A stretch of 64,000 nucleotides of DNA from the human T2T-CHM13v2.0 reference genome, Homo sapiens (GCF_009914755.1 NC_060941.1), one strand, 5' to 3'. Shown: positions 46,282 through 64,000, counted from the first letter of the stretch. The notes: generated by a model not told the origin, from the sequence alone. Made by a program: numbers and translations.

Positions 46282-46715
46282 CTTTTTTTTTTTTTTTTTT
46301 GGAGACAGGGTCTCGCTCTGTCACCCAGCTGGAGTGCGGTGGCACAATCACAGCTCACTGCAGTCTCAATTTCCCAGCCTCAACCAATCCTCCCACTCAG
46401 CCTCCTGAGCAGTTGGGACTACAGGCACACACCACCACGCCCAGCTAATTTTTTTTTTTGTAGAGATGGGTTTTTGCCATGTTGTTCAGGCTGGCCTCGA
46501 ACTCCTGACCTCCTGATCTCATATTAGGGAGTATAATATTGTCCTCTCTTCTAGCTACTTTGGAATACACAATAGAGACCAGTTGTGGTGGCTCACACGT
46601 GTAATCCTAGCGTTTTGGGAGCCCGAGGCAGGTGGATCACTTGAGCTCAGGAGTTTGAGACCAGCCTGGGCATCATGGCAAAAACCCATCTCTACAAAAA
46701 ATAAAAATAAATAAA
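46282..46715. mobile_element. Rearranged AluJ (antisense part 46282-46512; inverted left arm 46577-46715) within L1MA fragment
   Basis: TSD TCTATTGT present in inverted orientation at 46274-46281 and 46569-46576. Confidence 0.7.
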
Positions 46716-47450
<735 letters not shown>

Positions 47451-48223
47451 GTAAGATAAAATGAATCCATGGTGTAATAAATCAGGATAGTAGTTATCTT
47501 AGAGTATAAAGAAGTGTAAGTGATGGGGAGGGGGGCTGGATTTCTGGGGAACTGGTAGTATTTTTTAAAATCTGGGTGGTCCTTCCATAGGTACATTCAT
47601 TTTGTAAAGATTCATTGAGCCATAAGAGACAATGAATAGAGATGATTCTTTCAAGGAGTTTTGCTGCAGAGTGGAGCTGTGAACGTGGGCAGCAGCTAGA
47701 GGGAGAGTGGAATCAAGGGAGGGTGGTTTTAAGATGGAAGAAATGATACTGTTTTTGTGTATGTGAGAGTAATCTAGTAGAGAGACGGAAATGGGTGGTG
47801 TGGGAAAGATGAGAGAATTGCTTGAGCAGTCCTTGAGCAACGTGAGAGGATAAGGCCTCACGCCTAAGAGGGGAGATACTCGACTGGCCATCGAGAGGAC
47901 CAGCAGGAGGCGGAGGCACAGGGCTGCCTGTGGTGGCGGGTCGGTAGAGCAGTGGGCATCTGTGGCAGCTCACTTCTGGTTTGGTACCAAGATTATTACC
48001 CCCAAATTACCGACGCACAATCTTAGACTCAAGGAGAGAAGGGGTTTGCTCACCATCACACAGCTGAAGCCAGAAGTGGAGCCAAGCTCTCCCGGATTCC
48101 AGGTGCACTACACCAAACTGCCCGAGTGCCTTGAGCTCAGCTCCACCATGGAACATGGCGCTTTCTATTGTTTGCCCTAAAACAACTTCTCAAACTTTCA
48201 GAAGTGCCTCTCTTTATATAGAT

Positions 48224-48366
48224 TATACACACACACACACGCACACCATATATGTGTGTATATATATACATATATACATGTATATGTGTGTATATATATA
48301 TACACTATATATATGTGTGTGTATATATATGGTGTGTGTATATGTGCGTGTATATATATATATATG

Positions 48367-48397
<31 letters not shown>

Positions 48398-48442
48398 GTG
48401 GCTGTGCTGCTATATTTGGCTACTATATATATATATATATAT
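48224..48442. repeat. Compound (CA)/(TA)/(TG) microsatellite
   Basis: Alternating purine-pyrimidine tract of about 200 bp. Confidence 0.95.
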
Positions 48443-49049
48443 GATAAGGATTCTGGAATTGGGTGAGTCTGGCCCACCTTGTGGATATGCTGTACCATAG
48501 AAAAGGATTTAGTTACACTCCCTGCTCAGCCTCCATCTTTCCTGGCTGGAGAACTCTAATTGCAGAGCTTGCCCTCATGGTAAAAGCCCTTCATCACTCC
48601 ATTGTCTGGCCCTTTTCCAGTCCTATTACATCTTTCTTGGAATGCAGAAGCCATACAACAGAAACCACAGTGGCTTCCATTTTGAAGAGCCTTTTGCAGG
48701 GACAAGGGCCCATTTATATATTCAAACTGATGGTCAGCAAAGCTGTGGTTTTCCCACGGTCACACGGAGTGTCCACAATAGAGCCCAACCAAGAAGAATT
48801 CCAATCTCCATCACACCCCACTGCCTGCATGCAGGACTCCAGGTGGGCACGGTGTATCAGTAGGGCACATTCAGCAGCTGGTGATGGGGGCGTGGCAGAT
48901 TGTGTTGAAGTGGCTTAAAGCACTAAGGAGGATTTATTGAGTTATATAACGTGAAGCCCTGAAGCAGTCAGTCTTCTGGATTGGTTGATAGGGGCTCAAT
49001 GGTGTCATCACAGTCCCAATTTTGTCCTACTTTGCCATCCACAAAGGCC

Positions 49050-50195
<1,146 letters not shown>

Positions 50196-50573
50196 TTATG
50201 AGAGTTAGCTGAGTCCTGAGCCCTGTGCCCTGCCTCTATGTGCAGGGGTGGGATTAGCTTTCCCCAAAGCTCAAGGGCTGCATGGGAAAGGGATGGTCAC
50301 CAACAGAAGAGGAATGAATATGGGAGAGGCAAGCAGAGTGTCCACTCCAGGCACCCTGTGTAAGAAAAGTGCCATTCCCTGAGCATCTGCTCTGGGAGAG
50401 AGGAGAGCATGGGAAAAACAGGACCCTAGAGGCCAGACCTGGACAAGGTCAAGGCGCAGGACTACACCATCCTGGAGGTGGGGGCGGGTCTTCCAAACGC
50501 TGAGAATGCAGCAGTACATCTGGAACATGGAGCACCATCCTCTTGAAAGAGTGGATGTGAAAGTGCATATGAG

Positions 50574-50872
50574 TCTGGGCGTAGTAGCTCATGCCTATAA
50601 TCCCAGCATTTTGGGAGGACGAGGCAGGCGGATCAGAAGGTCAGGAGTACGAGACCAGCCTCCAGCCTGTCCAATATGGTGAAACCCCGTCTCTACTAAA
50701 AATACAAAAATTAGCCGGGTGTGGTGATGTGCGCCTATAATCCCAGCTACTTGGGAGGCTGAGGCAGAAGAATCACTTGACCTGGGAGGCGGAGGTTGCA
50801 GTGAGCCAAGATTGCACCACTGCACTCCAGCCTGGGCGACAGAGCAAGACTCCGTCTCAAAAAAAAAAGAAA
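50574..50872 (+). mobile_element. AluS
   Basis: Sense dimer. Confidence 0.9.
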
Positions 50873-50899
50873 GTACATAATAATTATAAAAATCATTCA

Positions 50900-51960
<1,061 letters not shown>

Positions 51961-52059
51961 CACCTACACTAAATTCCCTTGCTTTTCTAAAACTAAGTTC
52001 ATCCTAGACTCTCGCTGAATCTAAATGTTTCCCACCTCAGTACGGCAAGCATACAAGGC

Positions 52060-52220
52060 TGAAAACTTGGAGTCAGCTGACTTGGGTCACAGCCTATCTT
52101 TGTGACCTTTGGTCAGTTATTTCACCTCCCTGAGCCTCGATTTCTCTTTCTGAAGTGGGAATTATAAACCCTACTTCATAAGAAAAACACCTGGCATGTG
52201 ACCCGGTAGAGGGACGCAGC
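52060..52220 (+). mobile_element. MIR
   Basis: tgtgacctttggtcagttatttcacctccctgagcctc core. Confidence 0.6.
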
Positions 52221-52562
52221 ACAATGCCTTCCACCTTCCTTCCCATATGCACACACTTTGGCTGATGTCGGCAGGCATCTGTGAAGCGCTTACCACGTGC
52301 CGGATTCAGGCAGGTGCTGGGAGGAATGATGATGACCCTGGCCCTAGATTTCACAGTAACCGCTTCTGAGAAAACTCAGCTGTAAATCCGGAGTAAATCC
52401 TGAGGATTCGCAGGTGGGTTTGCCAGCCAGCAGGAAGCCAGCTAACAGGAAGGTAACGCTGAACCAGACTCAGCCTCTCCTCCAAAGCCCCTGGATGTGG
52501 GTCGCACCAGAGACAGCAGAGTCGGTGGGTCCTACGGAGACAGCGGAGTCAGTGGGTCTTTA

Positions 52563-52576
52563 CTGCCACCTGCTGG
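52563..52576 (-). promoter_or_regulatory. Candidate CTCF binding site
   Basis: Reverse complement CCAGCAGGTGGCAG is an exact match to the core consensus CCASYAGRKGGCRS, in non-repeat DNA. Confidence 0.6.
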
Positions 52577-53655
52577 ACAAACAGAATAAGGCCACAGGCA
52601 GCAGCCCAGAGAAATTCAGGCGCCTGCCTGAATTCAGCTGCCAAATGCACGGCTCTAACTTGTATCTGCCACATTTGTTCAACAGCTAATGAGAGGGTAT
52701 CAGAGGAGATTGCTTTTGAAATAAAAACCACCTGACCAGAAAAAAAGAAAATAAAAGGAAAACCAACTGCACCTTGCAAAGGTTACAACGTGGAGCGTGC
52801 CTCCGGGAGAAATTTCTCTTTCTGACTCAAAGGCGAGAAGGACTAGAAAACCCTGTGAGGTGGGAGGAAGTATCTTCTTTTAAAACCATGGTCATACTTT
52901 ACTCCATGGGCCATCACAGAGGGCAGATCCTGGTGACATTCTCCAAACCTTGGTGCGCAGGAATCCAACTGAACTGTCCTGCCCATAAACAATGCAGGAT
53001 CTAGCTCAGTCCTGGAAAACTGCCCAAAGCAGGGAGGCCGTTCTTTCCGAAGGCCTTGGCTTTGCAGCCAGACTTGCTAAGTCAACAACGTGGGAGCCAG
53101 CCCTGCCTCCTGCCTTCCTATTCCACCCTCCAACTTCTCTTCCCTCCACCCGATAGTTCTCCTCCTTGGCCTGCCACACTCAGGAGTGCACACACACACA
53201 CACAGTCCTCCATTCCATTATTCTCATTTATTTGGGTGGAAAATCTTTTCTGGGAAAACTAGGAGGCAGAATCCAGATGGGCCACAGCCAGGGTTATTTT
53301 TTCTCTTTCTCCATATTCCAACCATCCTGTGAAAAGTTGGGCCCAAGAATGCAAACTCCGGAAAACCAAGGGCAGTGCAGCGCCAAGATATTTACTTAGC
53401 CCATGAGTTTACTTCCATCTCCCAAGGAGACAGTCTCAGATTTCCTCAAGGCAGCAGGGCTTTGCTGAATCCAGCAGGTTGCTTCTGGACACAGAGAGCC
53501 TGGTCTCTGCAGCCTCTACACAGTCTGCTTGTGAGAAGGCAAAGAAAGCCTCTCTGGAAAGGCCCGTCTTAGCCCAGGCACTCAAGTGTGGAGAGTAAAA
53601 CTTGGGGAAGCACTGCCCATCATAACCTCCGGAGGTCTTATGACCACCAACCCTA

Positions 53656-54315
<660 letters not shown>

Positions 54316-54656
54316 TTATTAGCACTCTGGTATTAATCAACCAATGATGATACCTCAAATACATCATCTTGATCTAGTTGATGATGCCCCCAGAACCCCA
54401 GCTGTAACACTCATGTCCAGGCTTCTGCAACTTGGCATCTCTTGCATCTTGGGGGTTCACAAGAAGCAATTCTGTCCTTCTAACTATCCTAATTTCTGAC
54501 CCTGAGCTTCCATCCAGGCCTTCTGGGTTCTCCTCACTTACTTGGAGTCATGCTAGGGAGGCAAGTGGGGGTGGGCATCAGGTCATCCACCGTCCATCTT
54601 CAGAAGTCTTCCCTGGGCCCTCTGGGTCCATCAGCTTCTTAGAATGCTTAGGGTGT

Positions 54657-54657
<1 letters not shown>

Positions 54658-54689
<32 letters not shown>

Positions 54690-54973
54690 AGAGCCTTGCT
54701 CTGTCATCCAGGCTGGAGTGCAGTGGTGTGATCTCGGCTCACTGCTCACTGCGAACTTTGCCTCCTGGGTTCAAACATTTCTCCTGCCTCAGCCTCCCGA
54801 GTAGCTGGGATTACAGGCGCCCACCACCACACCCAGCTAATTTCTGTATTTGTAGTAGAAACGGGGTTTCGCCATGCTGGCCAGGCTGGTCTTGAACTCC
54901 TGACCTCAAGTGATCCACCCACCTCAGCCTCCCAAAGTACTGGCATTACAGGCGTGAGCCACCGCGCCCAGCC
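54658..54973 (-). mobile_element. AluS
   Basis: Long T tail, antisense dimer. Confidence 0.9.
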
Positions 54974-56312
54974 AAGGCCTGGGCATTGCAAGACAGTCCC
55001 AACTGCCTACAAGCACTAACATCTATCACTCTCTGAAGACCTAGCTCCCCAGGGACACTCCAAGAAGCAGCGCTCCTGTTCCACCTGCCCTTAGCATCCC
55101 CCAATCTCTCTCTCTTCTCTACCATATCTCACAACCTAAGACTTTTTTTTGTTGTTGGGGGTGGGGGGATCCTGGGGAAAATTCTTTTCTTCCAGATTTC
55201 TTCAAGATGCACAGTCTGTTGGCCCAAAACCCCTTTGCCTCCTTACCAAAAAACAAATCAGTAAATCCATTTTGTAAAACAAAAGCCAGAGAGATTTCTT
55301 GGCTCCTTTAGACTCTGCTGCATGACTCCACTCAGGCAATGACAGAGAGCCAACTGACTGCTTGCATGGAGAGGAGAATGAAGGAGGGAAAGCAAATACA
55401 CATCTCAAACGATCATCCAGACACTGGATCCACACACATATCCTCTCCCATCACTCAAGATTTTGGCTGTGGTCAGTTGTGGTTTCTTTCTTGATGAACG
55501 ATACTGTTTGAAAAAAAGTCAGAATAAAAGTTACTCTTTTGTTCCTCCTAACAGGCCCTTAGTACCTGTATTTCTCAACAGCCTCTGTCGACCTTTGTCC
55601 TTCTCCCGTTCCTTCCTTTTCTCTCCCATCACTGTCTCTTCTCAGTCTGACATTCTGAGAGGAGCTGGCCAGAAGTCACCATTGCCCAAGTCAAGAGAAG
55701 CAATGATGACAAAGGCAGCAGCTCAGGTGGCCACACATATCCCCTGTTTCAGCCCACAATGTACCTGTTCCCCCCTCCCCAGTCATGTCATCATGTGAGC
55801 ACTTCCTAATTTCCACATCCCAAAATACCCCTTTTAGCCTTCATCTTACTTGGCCTGTCTCTATCAAAGATGGCCACTCCCTCTTCCTTAAAAATCTTAT
55901 TATTATTAGATTTGGCTTGAAAGGCACCTTCACCCACCTGGTCTTCCTTCTCCTCTGCTGCCACAGCCTGCCTTTGTGGCCAGATCCTTCCACCTACCTT
56001 TTCACTGCCATTGCTCCCCAAAGTTCTGTCCTCGACCCCCTTCTCTCTCCGTGTGCCCTCACTAAACACCCTCAACCTCTCTTAATGCTCTAACACCTAC
56101 TGAGACATCAACAATTCCCAAATTCACACCTCCAGTATCCCTCTCCGATTCTACACACGTATATGCAACTGCCTGTTGACTGTTTAACCTGGAAAACGAA
56201 AAGCTAGAGAGTGGATAAGATGGTTAATTTCCAATATTTGAAAGAGTGTCAGACCACAGAGCAGACCAGGACTAAATGGGTAGATTTCAGCTCAGCACGC
56301 TGAGGACTTTCC

Positions 56313-56608
56313 TTTTTTTTTTTTTTTGAGACGGAGTCTGGCTGTGTCACCTAGGCCAGAGTGCAGTGGTGAGATTTGGCTCACTGCAACCTCCGCCTCC
56401 CGGGTTCAAGCAATTCTCACGTCTCAGCCTTCCTAGTAGCTGGGATTACAGGTGTGCACCACCGTTCCAGGATAATTTTTGTATTTTTAGTAGAGATGGG
56501 GTTTTGCCATGTTGGCCAGGCTGGTCTCGAATTCCTGACCTCAGGTGATGCACCCGCCTCGGCCTCCCAAAGTGCTAGGATTACAGGGGTGAGCCACTGC
56601 GCCTGGCC
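56313..56608 (-). mobile_element. AluSx
   Basis: Antisense dimer. Confidence 0.9.
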
Positions 56609-56954
56609 TACACCGAAGACTTTTCTAACAAACAACACTAGCCAGGGGCTAACGCAGGGCATCCTTCTGAGGTAGTGAGATCCCTGCGACTAGAAGTAGG
56701 CACAGAGGATTTCTGCAGATGGCACAAGGCCAAACTAAGCAACATCTATGTTTTCCCCAGTTCTCAGATTGAGACTTCTCAGCTTAGTAGAGGTTCAGAT
56801 AAATAAAAGATTTTTTTCATTTTATTGAGTATCTAAAATTACAATTCTTCAATATAGGACACTGGTTAGAAATTACTGTGATATTTCCTTTTCATTGATT
56901 TTTTTAATAATCATGATTTGTTGTTTATCAAATAAATACTTTGGTTTTGGGGTG

Positions 56955-57275
<321 letters not shown>

Positions 57276-57440
57276 TAACAAACTCATTTGTCTTGTCATA
57301 CATACACTAGTTTTTAGAGAACAAAATTTTCTTGGTCACTGACTGGAGGGTTTCAGATTAAAGCACAGTTGCAAACACACCGCTTCTAGACATTTCTCTT
57401 CATTATGTTCCCATACACTGTTTTTAAAAATAGTAAATTA

Positions 57441-57738
57441 GGCCAGGTGTGGAGGCTCTCGCCTGTAATCCCAGCACTTTGGGAGGCCAAGGCAGGTGGT
57501 TCATGAGGTCAGGAGTTCAAGACCAGCCTGGCCAAGATGGTGAAACCCTGTCTCTACCAAAAATACAAAATAATTAGCTGGGCGTGGTGGCAGGCGCCTG
57601 TAATCCCAGCTACTCGGGAGGCTGAGGCAGAGAATTGCTTGAACCTGAGAGGCGGAGGTTGCAGTGAGCCGAGATCGCACCACTGCACTCCAGCCTGGGC
57701 AACAGAATGAGACTCAGTCTCAAGAAGAAAAAAAAAAG
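57441..57738 (+). mobile_element. AluSg-subfamily element
   Basis: ggccaagatggtg and gaggcagagaattg variants. Confidence 0.88.
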
Positions 57739-58129
57739 GTAAGTTAATAGATAAGGAATTATAATTAAATCCAAATCATATTTAACACAAAGACTTTTTA
57801 AAGGTTCTTCAAATACCTTGTTATTTTTTCATCACCAGCCTGGGATGTTATCAGGCAACCCTAAATACAGTTAAGGCAAATACTGCACCATTACTAAAGG
57901 TAAATGAATTTGTGGCGATATTCACTGAACATTTTCATGCTGGGCCCCATGCCCAGCATGTATGAAACAGGGATGTTGAGTAAGTCATAGTCCTGCCCTC
58001 AAAGAGCTCTTGGCCTAAAGAGGGAGGCAGACGCATGAGCCAATGATCACAGTAGAATAAGGTAAGTATTGTGATATTTGTCAGCGAGAACAGGGAAGCC
58101 TAGACAAAGGACACTTACGACTAAGGTCT

Positions 58130-58451
<322 letters not shown>

Positions 58452-58468
58452 TTAAATACCTAACTGCA

Positions 58469-58617
58469 GGGGGGTGAGGGATAAGAGACTACACATTGGG
58501 TAAACTGTACACCGCTTGGTGATGGGTGCACCAAAATCTCAGAAATCACCACTAAAGAACTTATCTATGTAACCAAACACCACCTGTTCCCCAAAAACTA
58601 TTGAAAGGTTTAAAAAT
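58469..58617 (+). mobile_element. L1PB-type short 3'-end insertion
   Basis: gggtgcaccaaaatctcagaaatcaccactaaagaactt; TSD aatacctaa(c/t)tgca. Confidence 0.8.
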
Positions 58618-58848
58618 AATACCTAATTGCAAAATCTTAAAATAACAAAAATGTAAAAGCAAAATTTTTACACTTCCATCATCTAATCAAATTGTTTCCA
58701 CTTCTCCATCTTACCTTCTAATCTTTATACATATACATGCAATTATTTCATACATGCAATATTATGAAAGTAGTTTGAGAGTCCACCTTTTCATGCCTTA
58801 TATCATTAGTATTTTTCCATTTCACTTTTTTTTCTTACTCCCACTTCA

Positions 58849-59538
<690 letters not shown>

Positions 59539-60160
59539 GCAAAACTGAGGCCTAGATTGACAACTCCTCCATGGATCACAGCAGCAACATTGTGTGAATT
59601 TTCTTTGCTTAGCTACTTATGCACGTATGCTTTTCATACTATTTTTTTCTTCTCTCCCTCCCGCCCCCCTATATATATAATACCCCAACTCACAGCTTCC
59701 ACCTTTACTCATAGTTTCAGCTGCCTCATAACTCCTGCTCACACATGGGCCAACACAACCTTTCAATAACATGACATTTCCATTTCAGCAATTCTGCCGT
59801 CCTCCTCAAGCCCCTAATATCTCTTGGCTCTGTTTCTCAAGTTTACCTTTTTATGCCAGACATACTCATGGTCTCATCATCTATGACCTTGAGAGGAGGA
59901 AGAAAGGGGGGTGTGGTGATATGATCTACAACTGCCCTTTTAGCAAAGACAGTGGAAGGGGCATTTTTTTCCTCCCTCCGACAGCCTTGGCCATGACTCC
60001 CCTCACCGCCAAAGCCACCACATTCCCTCACAAGGTTCTGCCTTGTTCATACACCTTGTGGGGCCTTTGAAAAAGTTTAAATGGTTAAATGCTCAATTAA
60101 CTGCTATGGAGTATACTAAAATTTCACATCTGAAAGCTTTTCTTGTGTCAGCTTCAATAA

Positions 60161-61027
<867 letters not shown>

Positions 61028-61384
61028 AAAGTGAGGTAAATTTTTAAAAGTGACTTCATACAAGTAATTGTAAGGATTAAAATATTAAATGGAAAACCGA
61101 GTTTAGTGTCAATTAAGGATTATGCAATTGCTGGTTTAACTAATTTCCCATTTAGTTTTTGGCCTAGGGAAAAGCCTGTTAACTAAGTAAATGTTCCATT
61201 TTCTATCAACAGGAAAACAATCAGCTACAAAATCACCAGTGTCTCCTGGATTCCAATCCTTGGTCAACAGTGCTAGATCTACAGAAGCAAAACTAAAATT
61301 TTTTTTCTTTCACAGAGTAGTTTTAAGCCTCCAAGCGTTTGAATCTTTAAAATGTCATTCAGGGACTTTAAATGAAGTAGTGAA

Positions 61385-61680
61385 GGCTGGGCACGGTGGC
61401 TCACACCTGTAATCCCAGCACTTTGGGAGGCCAAGGCGGGTGGATTACTTGAGGCCAGGAATTTGAGAACAGCCTGGCCAACGTGGTGAAACCCCATCTC
61501 TACTAAAAATACAAAAAATTAGCCGGGTGTGGTGGCGAGCACCTATAGTCCCAGCTACTCAGGAGGCTGAGGCACAAAAATCGCTTAAACCCAGGAGGTG
61601 GAGGTTCCAATGAGCCAAGTTCGCGCTGCTGCACTCCAGCCTGCGTGACACAGTGAGACTGTCTCCATAAATAAATAAAT
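61385..61680 (+). mobile_element. AluSz just beyond COPRS poly(A) site
   Basis: Sense dimer, (TAAA)n tail. Confidence 0.9.
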
Positions 61681-61704
61681 GGGAAAAAAGCAGACGAAGC
61701 ATAC

Positions 61705-61975
61705 TGGTTTCTCTTTTTAACCTTTATTTACAAAGAACACAACTCCTCTTGACACAAACACACACACATTTCAAGGAGGAGCCCATTAAGAACAACAACA
61801 GACTGGCGAGAATGACGGGGCCTTATTGAACACTGTCAATAAGGAACACTGGTCTGTGTACCCCAGACTAGGGGTCACTGCAAACATTTTCTCAGATATG
61901 ACTTTTCACCTCCAAGACAGGAAAAGAGATCTTGACGTGGAGGCCCGCCCACCTACAAGGCAGAAAGCTCCACAC
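61705..61975 (-). other. COPRS: COPRS 3' UTR (~270 nt; cleavage site approximate)
   Basis: Unique sequence between the stop codon and the AATAAA signal. Confidence 0.75.
61723..61728 (-). terminator. COPRS: Polyadenylation signal AATAAA of COPRS
   Basis: TTTATT on + strand ~250 nt after the stop codon, followed on the minus strand by U-rich sequence. Confidence 0.8.
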
Positions 61976-62145
61976 TCAATCTTCAGCATCGTCAAACTGT
62001 CCTGTTTCAAAGACCATCTTGGAATAATAGGGTATCAGTGGAGGCGGATGGTGCCAGCTGGGGTCATAGATCATGTCTCCTTGTGGGGCACAGCACACCC
62101 AAGGTTTAAGCTCTTGAGAAATGCTCTCCTGGATGTCGTCAGCAT
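61976..62145 (-). CDS. COPRS: COPRS terminal coding exon (CDS part, TGA at 61976-61978)
   Basis: Acceptor ctgcag|AT joins in frame with the upstream exon to give DADDIQESISQELKPWVCCAPQGDMIYDPSWHHPPPLIPYYSKMVFETGQFDDAED*, the COPRS C-terminus. Intron 62146-62648 is GT-AG. Confidence 0.95.
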
Positions 62146-62648
62146 CTGCAGGCAGTTTTAAAAGACAGATTAAGGGAAGGAAGGAGGGAAGGAAGGAAGG
62201 TAAAAACGGACAGCCAAAAAGGTATGTCTAGGGGACAGATCCTTGCACTTATTTTGTTTAAAAACACACACAGTTCTCCTTTCCTGAAGAATTGTAAATG
62301 CGTTCATTCGGAACAGCTGAGAAGCTATGCTTCTCAGACAAGGGTTCTTAGCAGTGAAGAAGCAAACTGGATAACACAGCACTTCTATCTGCAGCTGCTC
62401 AATTCATAGCAGAGATTTTTGGAGAGAGTAACAGTTTTGACTTTAAAACAGTGATACATTATGGAGTCAAATGCAAAATTTGGATTTTTTCAATATAAAA
62501 GAGAAGGTGTCACAGAAATTGGAGACCTGTAACAGATACCAGCCTAAGCTCATAGATGTGGACCCCTGTTCCAAACTGCCTTCAGGGCTGGTCTGACAGG
62601 TGTGTCTGAGAAGGCCTAGTTCAGGACCCCCAGAGACTCCACACCTAC

Positions 62649-62867
62649 CATATGGATTCCCTTGATCTGCTTTCAACTCCGAGTCCCAGTCCTCATTAAA
62701 AAGATCGCCAGGCTGTTCCTTGGGTGGACAGTTTGTCCCTTCTGACAGCTCCCAGGTATTCAGTTCTCCATCAGAGTCCTCCTCATCCATGGCAAAGCCT
62801 TCCTCTTCAGAATGGGTGCCCTCACCCCGGGCAGGACTGTCATTAGGAATGCTCTGTGTTCCACGGG
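62649..62867 (-). CDS. COPRS: COPRS penultimate coding exon (219 nt, phase 1-1)
   Basis: Translates to ..RGTQSIPNDSPARGEGTHSEEEGFAMDEEDSDGELNTWELSEGTNCPPKEQPGDLFNEDWDSELKADQGNPY, recognised as human COPRS. Acceptor ctttgtcaatttag|C at 62868/62867; donor G|GTAGGT at 62649/62648. Confidence 0.95.
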
Positions 62868-63218
62868 CTAAATTGACAAAGAGAAGATGGCCTTAGTGAC
62901 AAACCAAAGAGGACCTGCTCTGTGCTCAGTAAATTTTGGGCAGACTTACTACGAAGGTAGTAAAACAAGTGCACAGAGTCTTCTTTAGCCACCGAGCACT
63001 TTTTTAAAAATGCACTTCTTTGTATGTTTTTAAAAGAGCTGATAATTTATTTTCAATAAGACGTTTTGTCTTATACAAGGCATTAATTGTCAGGTCCTTT
63101 AATTTACAAAGAGGGCTAGGGACAGTTAACATTTTCAGGTGGTTTGTATGTCACTGAGGCAAAGGGCCTCTGATAAATAATACACTTTCACAATACAAGC
63201 CTGAATTAAGTTTTTGCT

Positions 63219-63516
63219 CTTTTTTTTTTTTTTTTGAGACAGAGTCTCGCTCTGTCGCCCAGGCTGGAATGCAATGGCACCATCTCGGCTCACTGCAACC
63301 TCTACCTCCCAGGTTCAAGCAATTCTCTGCCTCAGCCTCCTGAGCAGCTGGGATTACAAGCGCCCGCCACCACGCCCAGCTAATTTTTTTGTATTTTTAG
63401 TAGAGACGGGGTTTCACCATCTTGGCCAGGCTGGTCTTGAACCCCTGACCTTGTGATCCACCCGCCTCGGCCTCCCAAAGTGCTGGGATTACAGGCGTAA
63501 GCCACTGTGCCCGGTT
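63219..63516 (-). mobile_element. AluSg-subfamily element in COPRS intron
   Basis: TSD gtttttgctc; aattctctgcc and accatcttggcc variants. Confidence 0.9.
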
Positions 63517-63922
63517 GTTTTTGCTCCTTTATTCCTCCCTTCAGCCTCAAAGAGCATGTTAGAGGTGAGCACAGGGACAAAGGGGAGCAGGGGCACTGCA
63601 GGCAGAAGACCAGAACCCATCTAATCACAATGGGCAGCACCTAGTGCCTCCCTCTGACATCAGGGAGGCCGGAAGGTACATTTTCAAAAGGCCTCACAAT
63701 AACGGAGGAAAGACTGGGGAAAGATAATGGATTTCCGAGCACATAGTGCTTTGGTGATGCCAGGTCCCAGGAGAGAAGGCAATCAGCCTAAAACAGCCAT
63801 GCTCTTAATACTGGAACAACAGTAACAGTGATAAGCAATAAAGTGATAGTTCAGAGCAAGGGGTCTAAAGCCAGACTGTCTGATTTCAAATCCGTGTTTT
63901 GTCAATTACCAAACATCGGACT

Positions 63923-64000
63923 GGGCCGGGCACGGTAGCTCACCCTTGTAAACCTAGCACTTTGGGAGGCCAAGGTGGGTGGACTGCTTGAGCTCAGGAG
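63923..64000 (+). mobile_element. Alu 5' part (runs off window)
   Basis: ggccgggcacggtagctcac start. Confidence 0.85.

Noticed and set aside
48131-48498. ORFs rich in Y/I/C/V/H/T
   Set aside because: Microsatellite translations
61826-62161. 111-aa plus-strand ORF
   Set aside because: Antisense shadow of the COPRS last exon with a non-ATG start
62467-62790. 107-aa ORF as a stand-alone gene
   Set aside because: It is part of the COPRS exon read through the GTAGGT donor into the intron; the real CDS splices at 62649

Overview
Human (primate) genomic DNA, almost entirely intergenic and very repeat-rich. My hand count gives about 80 Alu elements or monomers, plus L1, L2, MIR, MER DNA transposons and MaLR/ERV LTRs. 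The only protein-coding sequence is at the right end. It is the last two coding exons (62649-62867 and 61976-62145), 3' UTR and poly(A) signal of COPRS (C17orf79/COPR5, a PRMT5 adaptor) on the minus strand. This places the window at 17q11.2, downstream of COPRS, inside the NF1 microdeletion interval. Many ORFs in the supplied track are Alu/L1/LTR read-throughs, and none apart from the COPRS exon encodes a recognisable protein. I found no new multi-gene system. The most interesting signals are structural or regulatory: (1) a template-switch-like inversion/duplication splitting an Alu at 46.1-46.7 kb; (2) a ~170-bp composite segment copied 6.8 kb away into an L2; (3) a solo LTR12 (ERV9) with CCAAT repeats inserted into an Alu; (4) a young L1PA2-like insertion with a double poly(A) tail; (5) a ~60-bp TSD-flanked mini-retrocopy; (6) a consensus CTCF site in unique DNA ~9 kb downstream of COPRS. 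Repeat subfamily names come from remembered consensus features and boundaries are approximate.
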